Source: an uncultured Candidatus Binatia bacterium (lineage in GTDB: Bacteria; Desulfobacterota; Binatia; UBA9968; JAJDTQ01). From it: a stretch of DNA of 64,000 nucleotides. Positions 9,326-18,188 of this stretch are shown here, in pieces; positions within the stretch are counted from its first letter, which is position 1, and every line of letters begins with the position of its first letter. Below the pieces are notes generated by a model, which saw only the letters and a list, made by a program, of their open reading frames with translations, was not told where the DNA came from and made no database searches. A program made the translations under genes and the position numbers. The stretch lies in contig OZ219754.1 of assembly GCA_964291295.2 (NCBI GenBank), positions 2,176,001 through 2,240,000 of the forward strand, written 5' to 3'.

Positions 9326-10810
9326 CTACGCTGTCGGCGACCATCCGGGCGTCCTTGCGATATCCAGCAGGCCCTCCATATCGACGGCCGCCTCCAGGCA
9401 GTCGGCGAGTTGTTCGAGCGTGTGCTCGATCTCCGCACCATACCGGAAGCGGGCGTCGACAGGCGCACCCGCCCGGGCCAGCCAGGCGCGGCGAAAGCCG
9501 TCGCTGGAAAACAGGCCGTGCAGATAGGTACCTTCCACCAAGCCGTTGGCGCCGCGCGCGCCGTCGGGTGCCCCATCCACCCATGCGAAAGGCCGGCGGC
9601 TGTCCGGTCCGGTGCTCCGTCCCATGTGGATTTCATAGCCGCTGATGGATTCGCCCGTGAGGGCACAGGCGGCGGTGACCGGGGAGACCTGTTTTTCCGC
9701 GCTCATCACGGTCCGGACATTCAGCAGGCCGAGCCCCGCCGCCTCCCCGGGCGCGCCGTCGACGCCGTCGGGGTCGGCGATATGGGTGCCCAGCAGCTGA
9801 TACCCGCCGCACACGCCGAGTACCCGTCCGTCCGCCCGCGCATGGGCGATGATGTCATGGTCCCAGCCTTGTGCACGCAGGAATGCAAGGTCGCCGAGCG
9901 CCGATTTCGTGCCGAACAGGATGATGACGTCCGTGTCTCGCGGAATGGGCCGGCCCGGTGAAACCCACTGGAAATCGACACCGCGTTCCAGCCTGAGCGG
10001 ATCGGCATCGTCGAAATTGGCGATGCGGGAAAGCAGCGGCGCGGCAATTTTCAGTACGCCGCCGTGCCTTGGCTGCGGCGGTTCCAGGACGACGGCATCC
10101 TCGGCCGGCAGTCGTGTGGCGGCGGACAGCCAAGGGATGACGCCAAGGCAGGGCCAGCCCGTGCGCGCCTTGATGGCGGCAACGCCGTCCTCGAAGAGTC
10201 GGGGATCGCCCCGGAACTTGTTGATGAGGAAGCCCTGGATCATGGCCGCATCGTCCGGGGCGAGCACGGCTCTCGTCCCCACCACGCTGGCGATGACACC
10301 GCCCCTGTCGATGTCTCCGATCAGGCAGACGGGAACGCCCGCCTTGCGGGCAAAGCCCATGTTGGCGATGTCCCGGGCGCGCAGATTGATCTCTGCCGGA
10401 CTGCCCGCGCCTTCGACGAGCACAAGGTCGTGTTGTGCTGCCAGACGCGCGAAACTCTCGATGACGGCTTGCATCAGCCGGTCACGGCTCGCCATGTAGT
10501 CGGCGGCTTCCATCGCTTCCAGCGCACGTCCCTGGACCACCACCTGGGCGGTCCGGTCGGTCTGGGGCTTCAGCAGCACCGGGTTCATGTCCGCGTGCGG
10601 CTCAAGGCCGGCCGCAAGCGCCTGCAATGCCTGGGCGCGGCCGATCTCGCCGCCGCCCGGGCAGGCGGCGGCGTTGTTGGACATGTTCTGCGGCTTGAAC
10701 GGGGCCACGCGAAAGCCTTGGCGCTTCGCCATCCGGCACAGGACGGTGGTGAGCACGGATTTGCCGACATCCGATCCCGTGCCTTGCAGCATGAGTGCCC
10801 GTGCCGTCAT
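9326..10810 (-). CDS. cobQ: Cobyric acid synthase
   Basis: QGTGSDVGKS, PFKPQNMSNNA, EGAGSPAEINL, GVCGGYQLLG and GTYLHGLF motifs. Confidence 0.96.
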   Translation of the reverse strand: MTARALMLQGTGSDVGKSVLTTVLCRMAKRQGFRVAPFKPQNMSNNAAACPGGGEIGRAQALQALAAGLEPHADMNPVLLKPQTDRTAQVVVQGRALEAMEAADYMASRDRLMQAVIESFARLAAQHDLVLVEGAGSPAEINLRARDIANMGFARKAGVPVCLIGDIDRGGVIASVVGTRAVLAPDDAAMIQGFLINKFRGDPRLFEDGVAAIKARTGWPCLGVIPWLSAATRLPAEDAVVLEPPQPRHGGVLKIAAPLLSRIANFDDADPLRLERGVDFQWVSPGRPIPRDTDVIILFGTKSALGDLAFLRAQGWDHDIIAHARADGRVLGVCGGYQLLGTHIADPDGVDGAPGEAAGLGLLNVRTVMSAEKQVSPVTAACALTGESISGYEIHMGRSTGPDSRRPFAWVDGAPDGARGANGLVEGTYLHGLFSSDGFRRAWLARAGAPVDARFRYGAEIEHTLEQLADCLEAAVDMEGLLDIARTPGWSPTA

Positions 10811-11568
10811 GGAATTCCCAGCATGTCGACCCGTCCGTCCTCGACGCGGGCCCGCACGCCGTAGATGGATTGCAGCCGCGCCGCGGTCAAGGTCTCCGCC
10901 GGAGGGCCGTCGGCGAGGAGGCGCCCCGCTTTCATCCACATGAAGCGCGACGCATACTTCGCCGCGAACGGCACGTCGTGGAGCACCACCAGCGCGCCGC
11001 CGCCGGCTTCCACGAACGCCCGGATCAAGTCCATGATGCGGAACTGGTGGCTCGGGTCGAGCCCGGCCACGGGCTCATCGGCCACCAGCAGCGGCGCTTC
11101 GGCGGCGAAGGCGCGCGCGCAATGCACTCGGGCGAGTTCCCCGCCCGACAGCGTATCGGTTCGGCGGTGGGCGAGATGGGAGAGGTCGCAGGCGGCCACC
11201 GCCCGCTCCACGGCTTCGGCGTCCGGCTCCTTGAGGCGTCCGAGCGCCGCGCCATGACTGAAGCGGCCGAGGGCGACTACATCCCGTACCGAGCTCGGCC
11301 AGGCAAGTGGCCGTTCCTGGGGCAGATAGGCGACCGCGCGTGCGCGTCTCGCGGCACCAAGGCGCCGCGTGTCCATCCCACCGAGTGTGGCGCCACCGCT
11401 GGTGGGCTTTTCAAGACCGAGGCTCGCGCGAATGAGGCTGGTCTTGCCGGCACCATTGGGTCCGAGCAGGGCCACCAACTCACCCGGGGCGAGACGGAAG
11501 CTGGCGGCGTCCACGAGCGTCGCCGCTCCGGTCTTGACGGCAAGGTCGGTGACCACGAGCTCCGTCAT
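10807..11568 (-). CDS. btuD: Cobalamin/iron-chelate ABC transporter ATP-binding protein
   Basis: GPNGAGKT, LSGGE, ADEP and VLHD motifs; coupled to permease and cobQ. Confidence 0.85.
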   Translation of the reverse strand: MTELVVTDLAVKTGAATLVDAASFRLAPGELVALLGPNGAGKTSLIRASLGLEKPTSGGATLGGMDTRRLGAARRARAVAYLPQERPLAWPSSVRDVVALGRFSHGAALGRLKEPDAEAVERAVAACDLSHLAHRRTDTLSGGELARVHCARAFAAEAPLLVADEPVAGLDPSHQFRIMDLIRAFVEAGGGALVVLHDVPFAAKYASRFMWMKAGRLLADGPPAETLTAARLQSIYGVRARVEDGRVDMLGIP

Positions 11569-12557
11569 GAACGGACCCCCTGCCGCCGCATCGCGATCCA
11601 TACGAAGGCGGGCGCGCCCATCAGGGCCGCCACCACGCCCAGCTTGAGTTCATTGCTGGTTGGCAGGAGACGTACCCCGATATCGGCGATCACCAGGATC
11701 AGGCCGCCGAGCACGGCCGACGGGACCAGTGCCCGGCCCGGGTCGTGCCCCACCAGTGGCCGGACCACATGCGGTGCCACGATGCCGACAAAACCGATGG
11801 CGCCGGCAAGTGCCACGGAGGCGCCCGTGGCGAGCCCGGCGCCGAGCACGGTCACGATGCGTTGGCGGTGCAGATTCAGACCGACGCCACAGGCCGCTTC
11901 CTCGCCAAGCGTCAGCGCGGAAAGGCCGCGCCCGGTGGCGAGCAGGGCCGCGGCGCCCGCGATCAGGAAGGGCAGCGCCAGTGCGATGTCGTCGAAACTG
12001 CGATTGGCGACGGACCCCAGCATCCAGTTGATCATGTCCGCCAGAGAGAACGGATGCGGCGCAAGGTTCAGCAGCAGGGTCATGGCCGCACCGGCAAAGC
12101 TGGAGAGGCCCACGCCGATCAGGATCAAGGTCACGACCGAGCGGGTGCGGACGGCGGTCAGCGCCAGCAGCCCGGTCACCGCCATCGCCCCGAGAATCGC
12201 CGCGACGGGGAGGATCCAGGGGCTCAGCGCCACCAGGCCGTAGTAGATCGCGAAGGTCGCCGCCAGTGAAGCGGATGCCGAAACGCCCAGTACGCCGGGT
12301 TCGGCCAGCGGGTTCCGGAGCAGGCCCTGCAGCGCCGCGCCGCTGACTCCAAGCGCCGCGCCCACGAGGAAGGCCGCCAGTGCGCGGGGCAGGCGGATCG
12401 CCCAGACCACCAGCCGGTCGCCGGCATCCGCACCGCCGAAAAAGGCCGCCAGGACGCGCTCCGGCGCCAGCGGCGTCGATCCGAGCAGGCAGGCGGCGGC
12501 AAGGGCCGCGACGCTGGCGGTCACGAGGCACGGCAGCAGCCAGCGCGCCGCGCTCAT
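11565..12557 (-). CDS. btuC: FecCD/BtuC-family ABC permease
   Basis: IRLPR, LQGLLRNPLAEPGVLG and GAIGFVGIVAPH motifs. Confidence 0.88.
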   Translation of the reverse strand: MSAARWLLPCLVTASVAALAAACLLGSTPLAPERVLAAFFGGADAGDRLVVWAIRLPRALAAFLVGAALGVSGAALQGLLRNPLAEPGVLGVSASASLAATFAIYYGLVALSPWILPVAAILGAMAVTGLLALTAVRTRSVVTLILIGVGLSSFAGAAMTLLLNLAPHPFSLADMINWMLGSVANRSFDDIALALPFLIAGAAALLATGRGLSALTLGEEAACGVGLNLHRQRIVTVLGAGLATGASVALAGAIGFVGIVAPHVVRPLVGHDPGRALVPSAVLGGLILVIADIGVRLLPTSNELKLGVVAALMGAPAFVWIAMRRQGVRS

Positions 12558-13393
12558 CGCCCCGGACCCTGGGCCAGCGCCTCGATGGCGTCCAGGATGA
12601 ACCAGCCGCCGCACGCCGTCCACGCACCCCGCAAGGGCACGACACCCGGGCCGGTCCGTTGTGCCCGGGCGACGGGATGCCTTGAAGCACTCCAGGAACG
12701 AGGCGGATTCGCAAGGGTTTCAAAAAAAGCGGCGGCGACGAGGTCCGGCCGTGCATAGGCCAGTCGCTCAAGGGGCAGGGAGCGCCAGCCGGGCTCTTTC
12801 TGGAAGTTTTCGAGTCCGGCGGCGTGCAGCATTTCGTGGATCAGCGAACCGGGCCCGGTGGTCACGCCCCCCGGCGTCATGTAGAGCGCCGTCTCATCAC
12901 CGGCGCGCACCTTGACGGCGGCAAGGCGTGTACGGAACTCCTTGACCAGCGCCTTGCCGCGTGCCCGCTGGCCCAGTCCATCGGCCACCTGATGGATCAG
13001 TCCCGGGATGGAACCGCCGCTCTCGCCATCGATGGTCAAGACCGGGCCGAGCTGCAGCACCGGCACGCCCGCGCGCTCGAAGAAGGCGGCCACGTTCGGA
13101 CCGCCGCCATAAGAGCGGACGACCAGGTCCGGCTTGAGGATGAGGATGTCTTCCGCGACCGGGCGCACCGCCGGCATGCCGCCGGCGGCACCGCGCATGT
13201 GGGAGAACGCCTTTGTCCCGTCGGGGGAGATGGCAAGAATCTGCTCCGGGTCGGCCAGCTTGAGAACGTACTGGTCGGCGCAGTAGTCGAGGCTGACGAT
13301 CCGCCCGGGGCGCTGGCTGGTGGTGGGCGTGGCGGGTTCGGGGACGCTCCCCGCCAGACCGATCAGACCGAGAAGGACCGCCAGCGTCTCCAT
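12554..13393 (-). CDS. btuF: BtuF-like substrate-binding protein
   Basis: RIVSLDYCADQ, EDILILKPDLV; signal peptide; in operon with btuCD-cobQ. Confidence 0.82.
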   Translation of the reverse strand: METLAVLLGLIGLAGSVPEPATPTTSQRPGRIVSLDYCADQYVLKLADPEQILAISPDGTKAFSHMRGAAGGMPAVRPVAEDILILKPDLVVRSYGGGPNVAAFFERAGVPVLQLGPVLTIDGESGGSIPGLIHQVADGLGQRARGKALVKEFRTRLAAVKVRAGDETALYMTPGGVTTGPGSLIHEMLHAAGLENFQKEPGWRSLPLERLAYARPDLVAAAFFETLANPPRSWSASRHPVARAQRTGPGVVPLRGAWTACGGWFILDAIEALAQGPGR

Positions 13394-13594
13394 GGCCGGT
13401 TCCCTCCGTTGCGCGCGTGGGCGAAGACCAGGCCGGGGCCGTGCCCCCTCGCCCCGGAGGCCTTGTTCCTCTGTTCGATCCCGGGTTTTCGCATCGCGGC
13501 TCCGGACCCCTCCGCGTCGTACGCTCCGAGGGTACGCGGACACGCCGGACGCAGCCCTTGCGCCGTTTGCCGGCGTGGACTGGACAGGGTCACG

Positions 13595-15778
13595 CTACGC
13601 CGTCGCCAGCCGGAACCTTCGCCGCCGCGTCTGCAGGAGATAAAGCCCTGCGAACAGGATCCAGGCGCCGAACTGTACGGTCATGCGCAGGGAGTCGGTG
13701 TTGCCCGCCAGCAGGTCGGGGCGGAAGGCGGCGATGCAGATCACCGCCAGGAGAGCGCGTTCGGGCCAGCCGCAGCGGTCGGCAAAGAAGCCCTGCATGG
13801 CCGCGGCAAAGGCCATCATGGCCACCAGACCGTTCAGGATGACCCAGACGATGCGGAACATGTCGTCGAGCCAGATGATCGAGCCGTCGGGTCCCACTCC
13901 GGCGATCAGCAGGATCTCCAGATTGAAGATGAACACGAACGGCAGGATGGCGGTGCGCAGGTCGTAGGTAAAGCCCTGGATGCCGGTCTTGATGGGTTCG
14001 GAGCCGGCGATGGCTGAGGCCGCGAAGGCCGCCAGACCCACCGGCGGCGTGTCGTCGGCGAGTATGCCGAAGTAGAATACGAACAGATGGGCCGCCAGCA
14101 CCGGAATGACCAGGCCCGCCTGCCCGCCCAGGCCGACGATCACCGGCGCGGTCAGGGTGGCCATGACGATGTAGTTGGCGGTGGTGGGCAGGCCCATGCC
14201 CAGGATCAGGCTGGTGAGGGCGGTCAGGATCAGCATGAGGGCGACGTTGCCCAGGGAGATGATTTCGATGGCCTCGATGAAGCGGCTGCTGAGACCGGTC
14301 AGGGTCACCGTGCCCACGATGATGCCGGCGGCCGCGGTGGCCACCGCGATGGGAGCCATGTTGCGGGCCCCGGACACGCAGCCCTGAAGGATCTCGCGAA
14401 TACTGAGCACCAGACCCTGGAACAGGGCCTCGCCGAGGGAGCCGGCGGCCGGGTTGCCGGGCGACGGCCGAAGGACGGCGGCGCCACTCTGCACCACCCG
14501 CTGAATGACCATGATGGCCAGCGTCAGCAGGATCGCGTTGAATGCCGCCGAGACCGCGGAGAATCGGAGAATCACCAGCGTGTAGATCAGCGCCAGTATG
14601 GGGATCAGGAAGTGGACGCCGCGGAGGAACGTGGGCCAGAACTTCGGCAACTCCTCTTCCGGCAGCGCGATCAGGTCCAGCTTGAGCGCCTCCAGGTGAA
14701 CCACGTACAGCAACGCGATGTAGGACAGGATCGCCGGGATGGCGGCGGCGGTGACGATGTCGATGTAGGGCAACCCGAGAAACTCGGCCATGATGAACGC
14801 CGCGGCTCCCATGACCGGCGGCAGGAGTTGTCCGTTGGTGCTTGCGCCCACCTCCACGGCTCCGGCCTTGTAGGCCGGCAGTCCCACCCGTTTCATGAGC
14901 GGTATGGTGAACGTCCCGGTGGTGGCGACATTGGCGATGGACGATCCCGACACCATGCCGGTCAGGCCCGAGGCCAGCACCGCGGCCTTGGCCGGTCCGC
15001 CGCGGAAGCGGCCCAGCATGGCGAAAGCCACCTGTACGAAGTACTCCGCGGCGCCCGCCCGGTCCAGCAGCGCGCCGAACAGCACGAACAGGAACACGAA
15101 GTCGGTGGATACCCCCAGCGGCACGCCCCAGATGCCGCTGTCCGAGAGATACATGTGGTCCACCACGAAATCGAGGGGGATACCCGGGTGCGCAAGGAAC
15201 CTGGGCAGGTACGGGCCGATGAAGCAGTAAAGCAGGAAGAGAACGGCCAGGGCCGGCAGCGCCAGCCCCAGGGACCGCCGCGCCGACTCCAGCAGCAGCA
15301 GGATGAACGCCGTGCCGATGTAGACGTCCCGCGGCAGCGGCAGACCGGAGCGTTCGATGATCCCCACGTAATCCCAGGCCAGATAGGCGGTGCCGCAACC
15401 GGCCAGGGCCGCGATCCCGAAGTCGTACCAGGGTATCTTGACCGGATCCCGCTTGCGCCTTCCCGGAAACAACTGCCGCATCAGCGCATGAAACCGCTCC
15501 AGCGTCGCCGCCCGCCGGATGGCCGGGAAGGAAAGATAGACCAGCAGCACCGCGAAGGTCAGATGAATGCTGCGGGCGATGATGGAATTGATGGGGTGGT
15601 AGGCGATGTTGAGCTGGAAGAGGGACCAGCAGAGCGCCAGGAGCCAGAGGAAGCCTCCCACCGGGCCGCCGGGAGAGCGGGTCTTCCCTTCGCCCTCTCC
15701 CAGTTCGGCCAACGCTTCGAGGTCGACGGCCTCCCTCGAAGTCTGGCCCGGAGTCTCGCCGCGTTCCGGGGAATTCAC
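13595..15778 (-). CDS. TRAP transporter fused 4TM/12TM permease
   Basis: GGPAKAAV, GSSIANV, PPVMGAAAFIMAEF, GMGLPTTANY and DDTPPVGLA motifs. Confidence 0.95.
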   Translation of the reverse strand: MNSPERGETPGQTSREAVDLEALAELGEGEGKTRSPGGPVGGFLWLLALCWSLFQLNIAYHPINSIIARSIHLTFAVLLVYLSFPAIRRAATLERFHALMRQLFPGRRKRDPVKIPWYDFGIAALAGCGTAYLAWDYVGIIERSGLPLPRDVYIGTAFILLLLESARRSLGLALPALAVLFLLYCFIGPYLPRFLAHPGIPLDFVVDHMYLSDSGIWGVPLGVSTDFVFLFVLFGALLDRAGAAEYFVQVAFAMLGRFRGGPAKAAVLASGLTGMVSGSSIANVATTGTFTIPLMKRVGLPAYKAGAVEVGASTNGQLLPPVMGAAAFIMAEFLGLPYIDIVTAAAIPAILSYIALLYVVHLEALKLDLIALPEEELPKFWPTFLRGVHFLIPILALIYTLVILRFSAVSAAFNAILLTLAIMVIQRVVQSGAAVLRPSPGNPAAGSLGEALFQGLVLSIREILQGCVSGARNMAPIAVATAAAGIIVGTVTLTGLSSRFIEAIEIISLGNVALMLILTALTSLILGMGLPTTANYIVMATLTAPVIVGLGGQAGLVIPVLAAHLFVFYFGILADDTPPVGLAAFAASAIAGSEPIKTGIQGFTYDLRTAILPFVFIFNLEILLIAGVGPDGSIIWLDDMFRIVWVILNGLVAMMAFAAAMQGFFADRCGWPERALLAVICIAAFRPDLLAGNTDSLRMTVQFGAWILFAGLYLLQTRRRRFRLATA

Positions 15779-15898
15779 GGAGCTTCCTGGCTGCTGCCCG
15801 GTTTCATTCCAGTTTCTTCCGTCCGGAGGGTCGGCCCGGGGCCGGCGTCGCTCTGCCGGCCCCGGGCCGATGGTCGGTTCCCCCGGGGGGAACGATGG

Positions 15899-16870
15899 TT
15901 ACAGCCAACCCTTCTCCTTGTAGTACTTGACCGCGCCCGGATGCATCGGAGCCGAAAGCCCCTTCAACATGTCCTTCGGAGTCAGGATCTTGAACGCCGG
16001 GTGCAGACCGCGCAGCGTGTCGAGATTCTCGAACACGGCCTTGACCACCTGATAAACCTGGTCGGCCGGTTCCTTGTCGCCGGTGACGAAGGTCGCCTTC
16101 ACCGCGTAGGTCGGGACGTCCTTGTCCACGCCCTTGTAGATGCCGCCGGGGATGGCGGTCATGACGTAGTAGGAGTTGTCCTTGACGAGCTTCTGGATCG
16201 GTGCCGTGTTCAACGGAACCATCCGGATGGCGGTGCTGTTGGCGATCTCCAGGCCGCCGCCCCAGGGGTTGCCGACGGTGTAGAAGAAAGCGTCGATCTT
16301 CTTGTCCACCAGCGCCCGGCTGGCCTCCTGCTGCTGCAACCCTTCAGCCTTGATGTCCTTGTCCTTGTCGATGCCCGAGAGTCGCAGCACGTCCAGCGCA
16401 TTGCCCCGCTGACCCGATCCGGGGTTGCCGATGTTCACGCGCCTGCCCTTGAGGTCCGCGATGGACTTGATGCCCGTGTCCGCGCGGGTGACGAGCATGA
16501 CCGTCTCGGGATGGGCGCTGAAGACCGTGCGAAGATTCGTCTGGGGTTTGCCTTTCCAGTCGGCGGTGCCGTTGGTCGCCTGCCAGACACGGTCGGACTG
16601 GGCCACGCCGTAGTTCAGCAGCCCCCGCTTGATGGCGTTGATGTTGAAGACCGATCCGAGAGCCGCGCGGCCGATGCAGTTGTATCCCTGGCTGCGGAGC
16701 TTGTCGTTGACAATCTTGCAGACGTTCAGAGCCACCTGGTAGTAGACGCCGGTCGTGGAGCCGCCCCCGACGACCAGAAAGGTCTGTGCGGCGGCGTCCC
16801 TTGCCGTCATGGCGACGCCACCGCACAGCGCCACGGCCAATGACAGTACGAGCAGATACCGATGCCTCAT
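15899..16870 (-). CDS. TAXI-family TRAP solute-binding protein
   Basis: GSTTGVYY, GSVFNI, DLKGRRVNIGNPGSGQR and HPGAVKYYKE motifs; signal peptide. Confidence 0.95.
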   Translation of the reverse strand: MRHRYLLVLSLAVALCGGVAMTARDAAAQTFLVVGGGSTTGVYYQVALNVCKIVNDKLRSQGYNCIGRAALGSVFNINAIKRGLLNYGVAQSDRVWQATNGTADWKGKPQTNLRTVFSAHPETVMLVTRADTGIKSIADLKGRRVNIGNPGSGQRGNALDVLRLSGIDKDKDIKAEGLQQQEASRALVDKKIDAFFYTVGNPWGGGLEIANSTAIRMVPLNTAPIQKLVKDNSYYVMTAIPGGIYKGVDKDVPTYAVKATFVTGDKEPADQVYQVVKAVFENLDTLRGLHPAFKILTPKDMLKGLSAPMHPGAVKYYKEKGWL

Positions 16871-17317
16871 GGGATCCTCCTTTGGTTAAGGTCGCTGGAC
16901 CGTTCTTTGTGGACTCGACAGCCGTGTGAATGCCACAACGAATGCGGCAATGCAACCACCAAGGCCGATGTGAATCGGCTCGGCGGGGTCACTGCCGATA
17001 TCGCCGCAGGCGAGGTCGAGGAACGCCAGGCGGGGTTCACGCAAGGCCCGCGGTGGTGTTCACACACTCGACGCCGGAGAAGCCCCGGTGTGCAAGGTCG
17101 TCACCTGTCCAGGTCCGCTACTCGGCCTGTTCCTCCGCCTCGGCCTTCTGCGGTTCCGGGTGGATATTTGCGGCGTCCTGATATAGGAATCCGGAAGGCC
17201 CGAGGGGCCGGGTGGCCGGTTTGGCGATGCCGGGTCATCCTTGAGGTCATCTCCGGTTCGTCTCCGGTTCATCTTTGCGGATGTCGTGCGGCAGCGGCGT
17301 CCAGGAATAACACCGCC

Positions 17318-18064
17318 ATGAACGTTCGGCGGAAAGGAAGCGTCATCTCGAACGGATCCCGCAAAAGTCCTCCCCTGGTCGGGGTCACCACCTACGGCCG
17401 CGGTCCTCACAACCGGTTCACGCTTCCCGCCCAGTACGTGGACGCCGTGCGCCGTGCCGGAGGCATTCCCCTGCTGCTGCCCCCGGGGGAAGACCACGTG
17501 GATGCCATCCTGCCGCTGCTGGGGGCCGTGGTGTTCACGGGCGGCGGTGACATCGATCCCGGCCTCTACGGCGGCGGTCACCACGACGCCGTCTACCTGG
17601 TGGAGCCGGAACGGGACCGCACGGAGATGGCCTGGGCCGAGCGCGTGTTCGATCTGGAGGTCCCTGCGCTGGCCATCTGCCGCGGGGCGCAGCTTCTGAA
17701 CGTTTCCAGGGGCGGGACCCTCATCGAGCATCTGCCGGACGTCGTGGGAGAGACGGTGGTCCATCGCGCGCCGCCCCGGGAGCCCGTCGCCCACCCGGTG
17801 TGCGTGCTGCCGGGAACCCGGCTGGCGGGCGTGCTGGGCGCCACCGACTTCTCGTGCCTGTCCTGGCACCATCAGGGCGTCCGCCGGGTCGCGCCCGGTT
17901 TCGAGGTCGCCGCCCGTGCTCCGGACGGCACCGTCGAGGCCCTGGAGATGCCGGCCCATCCGTGGCTTTTCGCGGTGCAGTGGCACCCGGAGTTGACGGC
18001 GGCGGCGGACCCCATACAACAGCGTCTGTTCGATGCGCTCGTGGAGGCGGCGGGCCCGCGGTGA
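17318..18064 (+). CDS. Gamma-glutamyl-gamma-aminobutyrate hydrolase family (peptidase C26, PuuD-like)
   Basis: TGGGDIDP, AICRGAQLLNV, HHQ and VQWHPE motifs. Confidence 0.9.
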   Translation: MNVRRKGSVISNGSRKSPPLVGVTTYGRGPHNRFTLPAQYVDAVRRAGGIPLLLPPGEDHVDAILPLLGAVVFTGGGDIDPGLYGGGHHDAVYLVEPERDRTEMAWAERVFDLEVPALAICRGAQLLNVSRGGTLIEHLPDVVGETVVHRAPPREPVAHPVCVLPGTRLAGVLGATDFSCLSWHHQGVRRVAPGFEVAARAPDGTVEALEMPAHPWLFAVQWHPELTAAADPIQQRLFDALVEAAGPR

Positions 18065-18188
18065 GGCGGCGACGCGGTGAGGCGGCGATAATGCACGCTC
18101 GCGCTCCTGTCCGATTCAATGCGCCGCGCCCGGGGCGGTCACGCCCGGAACCGGCCCGGAGCGCGCAAGGGAAGGGGTGAGAAGGAAT

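Noticed and set aside
13394-13594. Cobalamin riboswitch upstream of btuF
   Set aside because: Expected from context, but conserved elements (GGGAA, GCAACTGT, GCCACTG, B12 box) are not recognisable.
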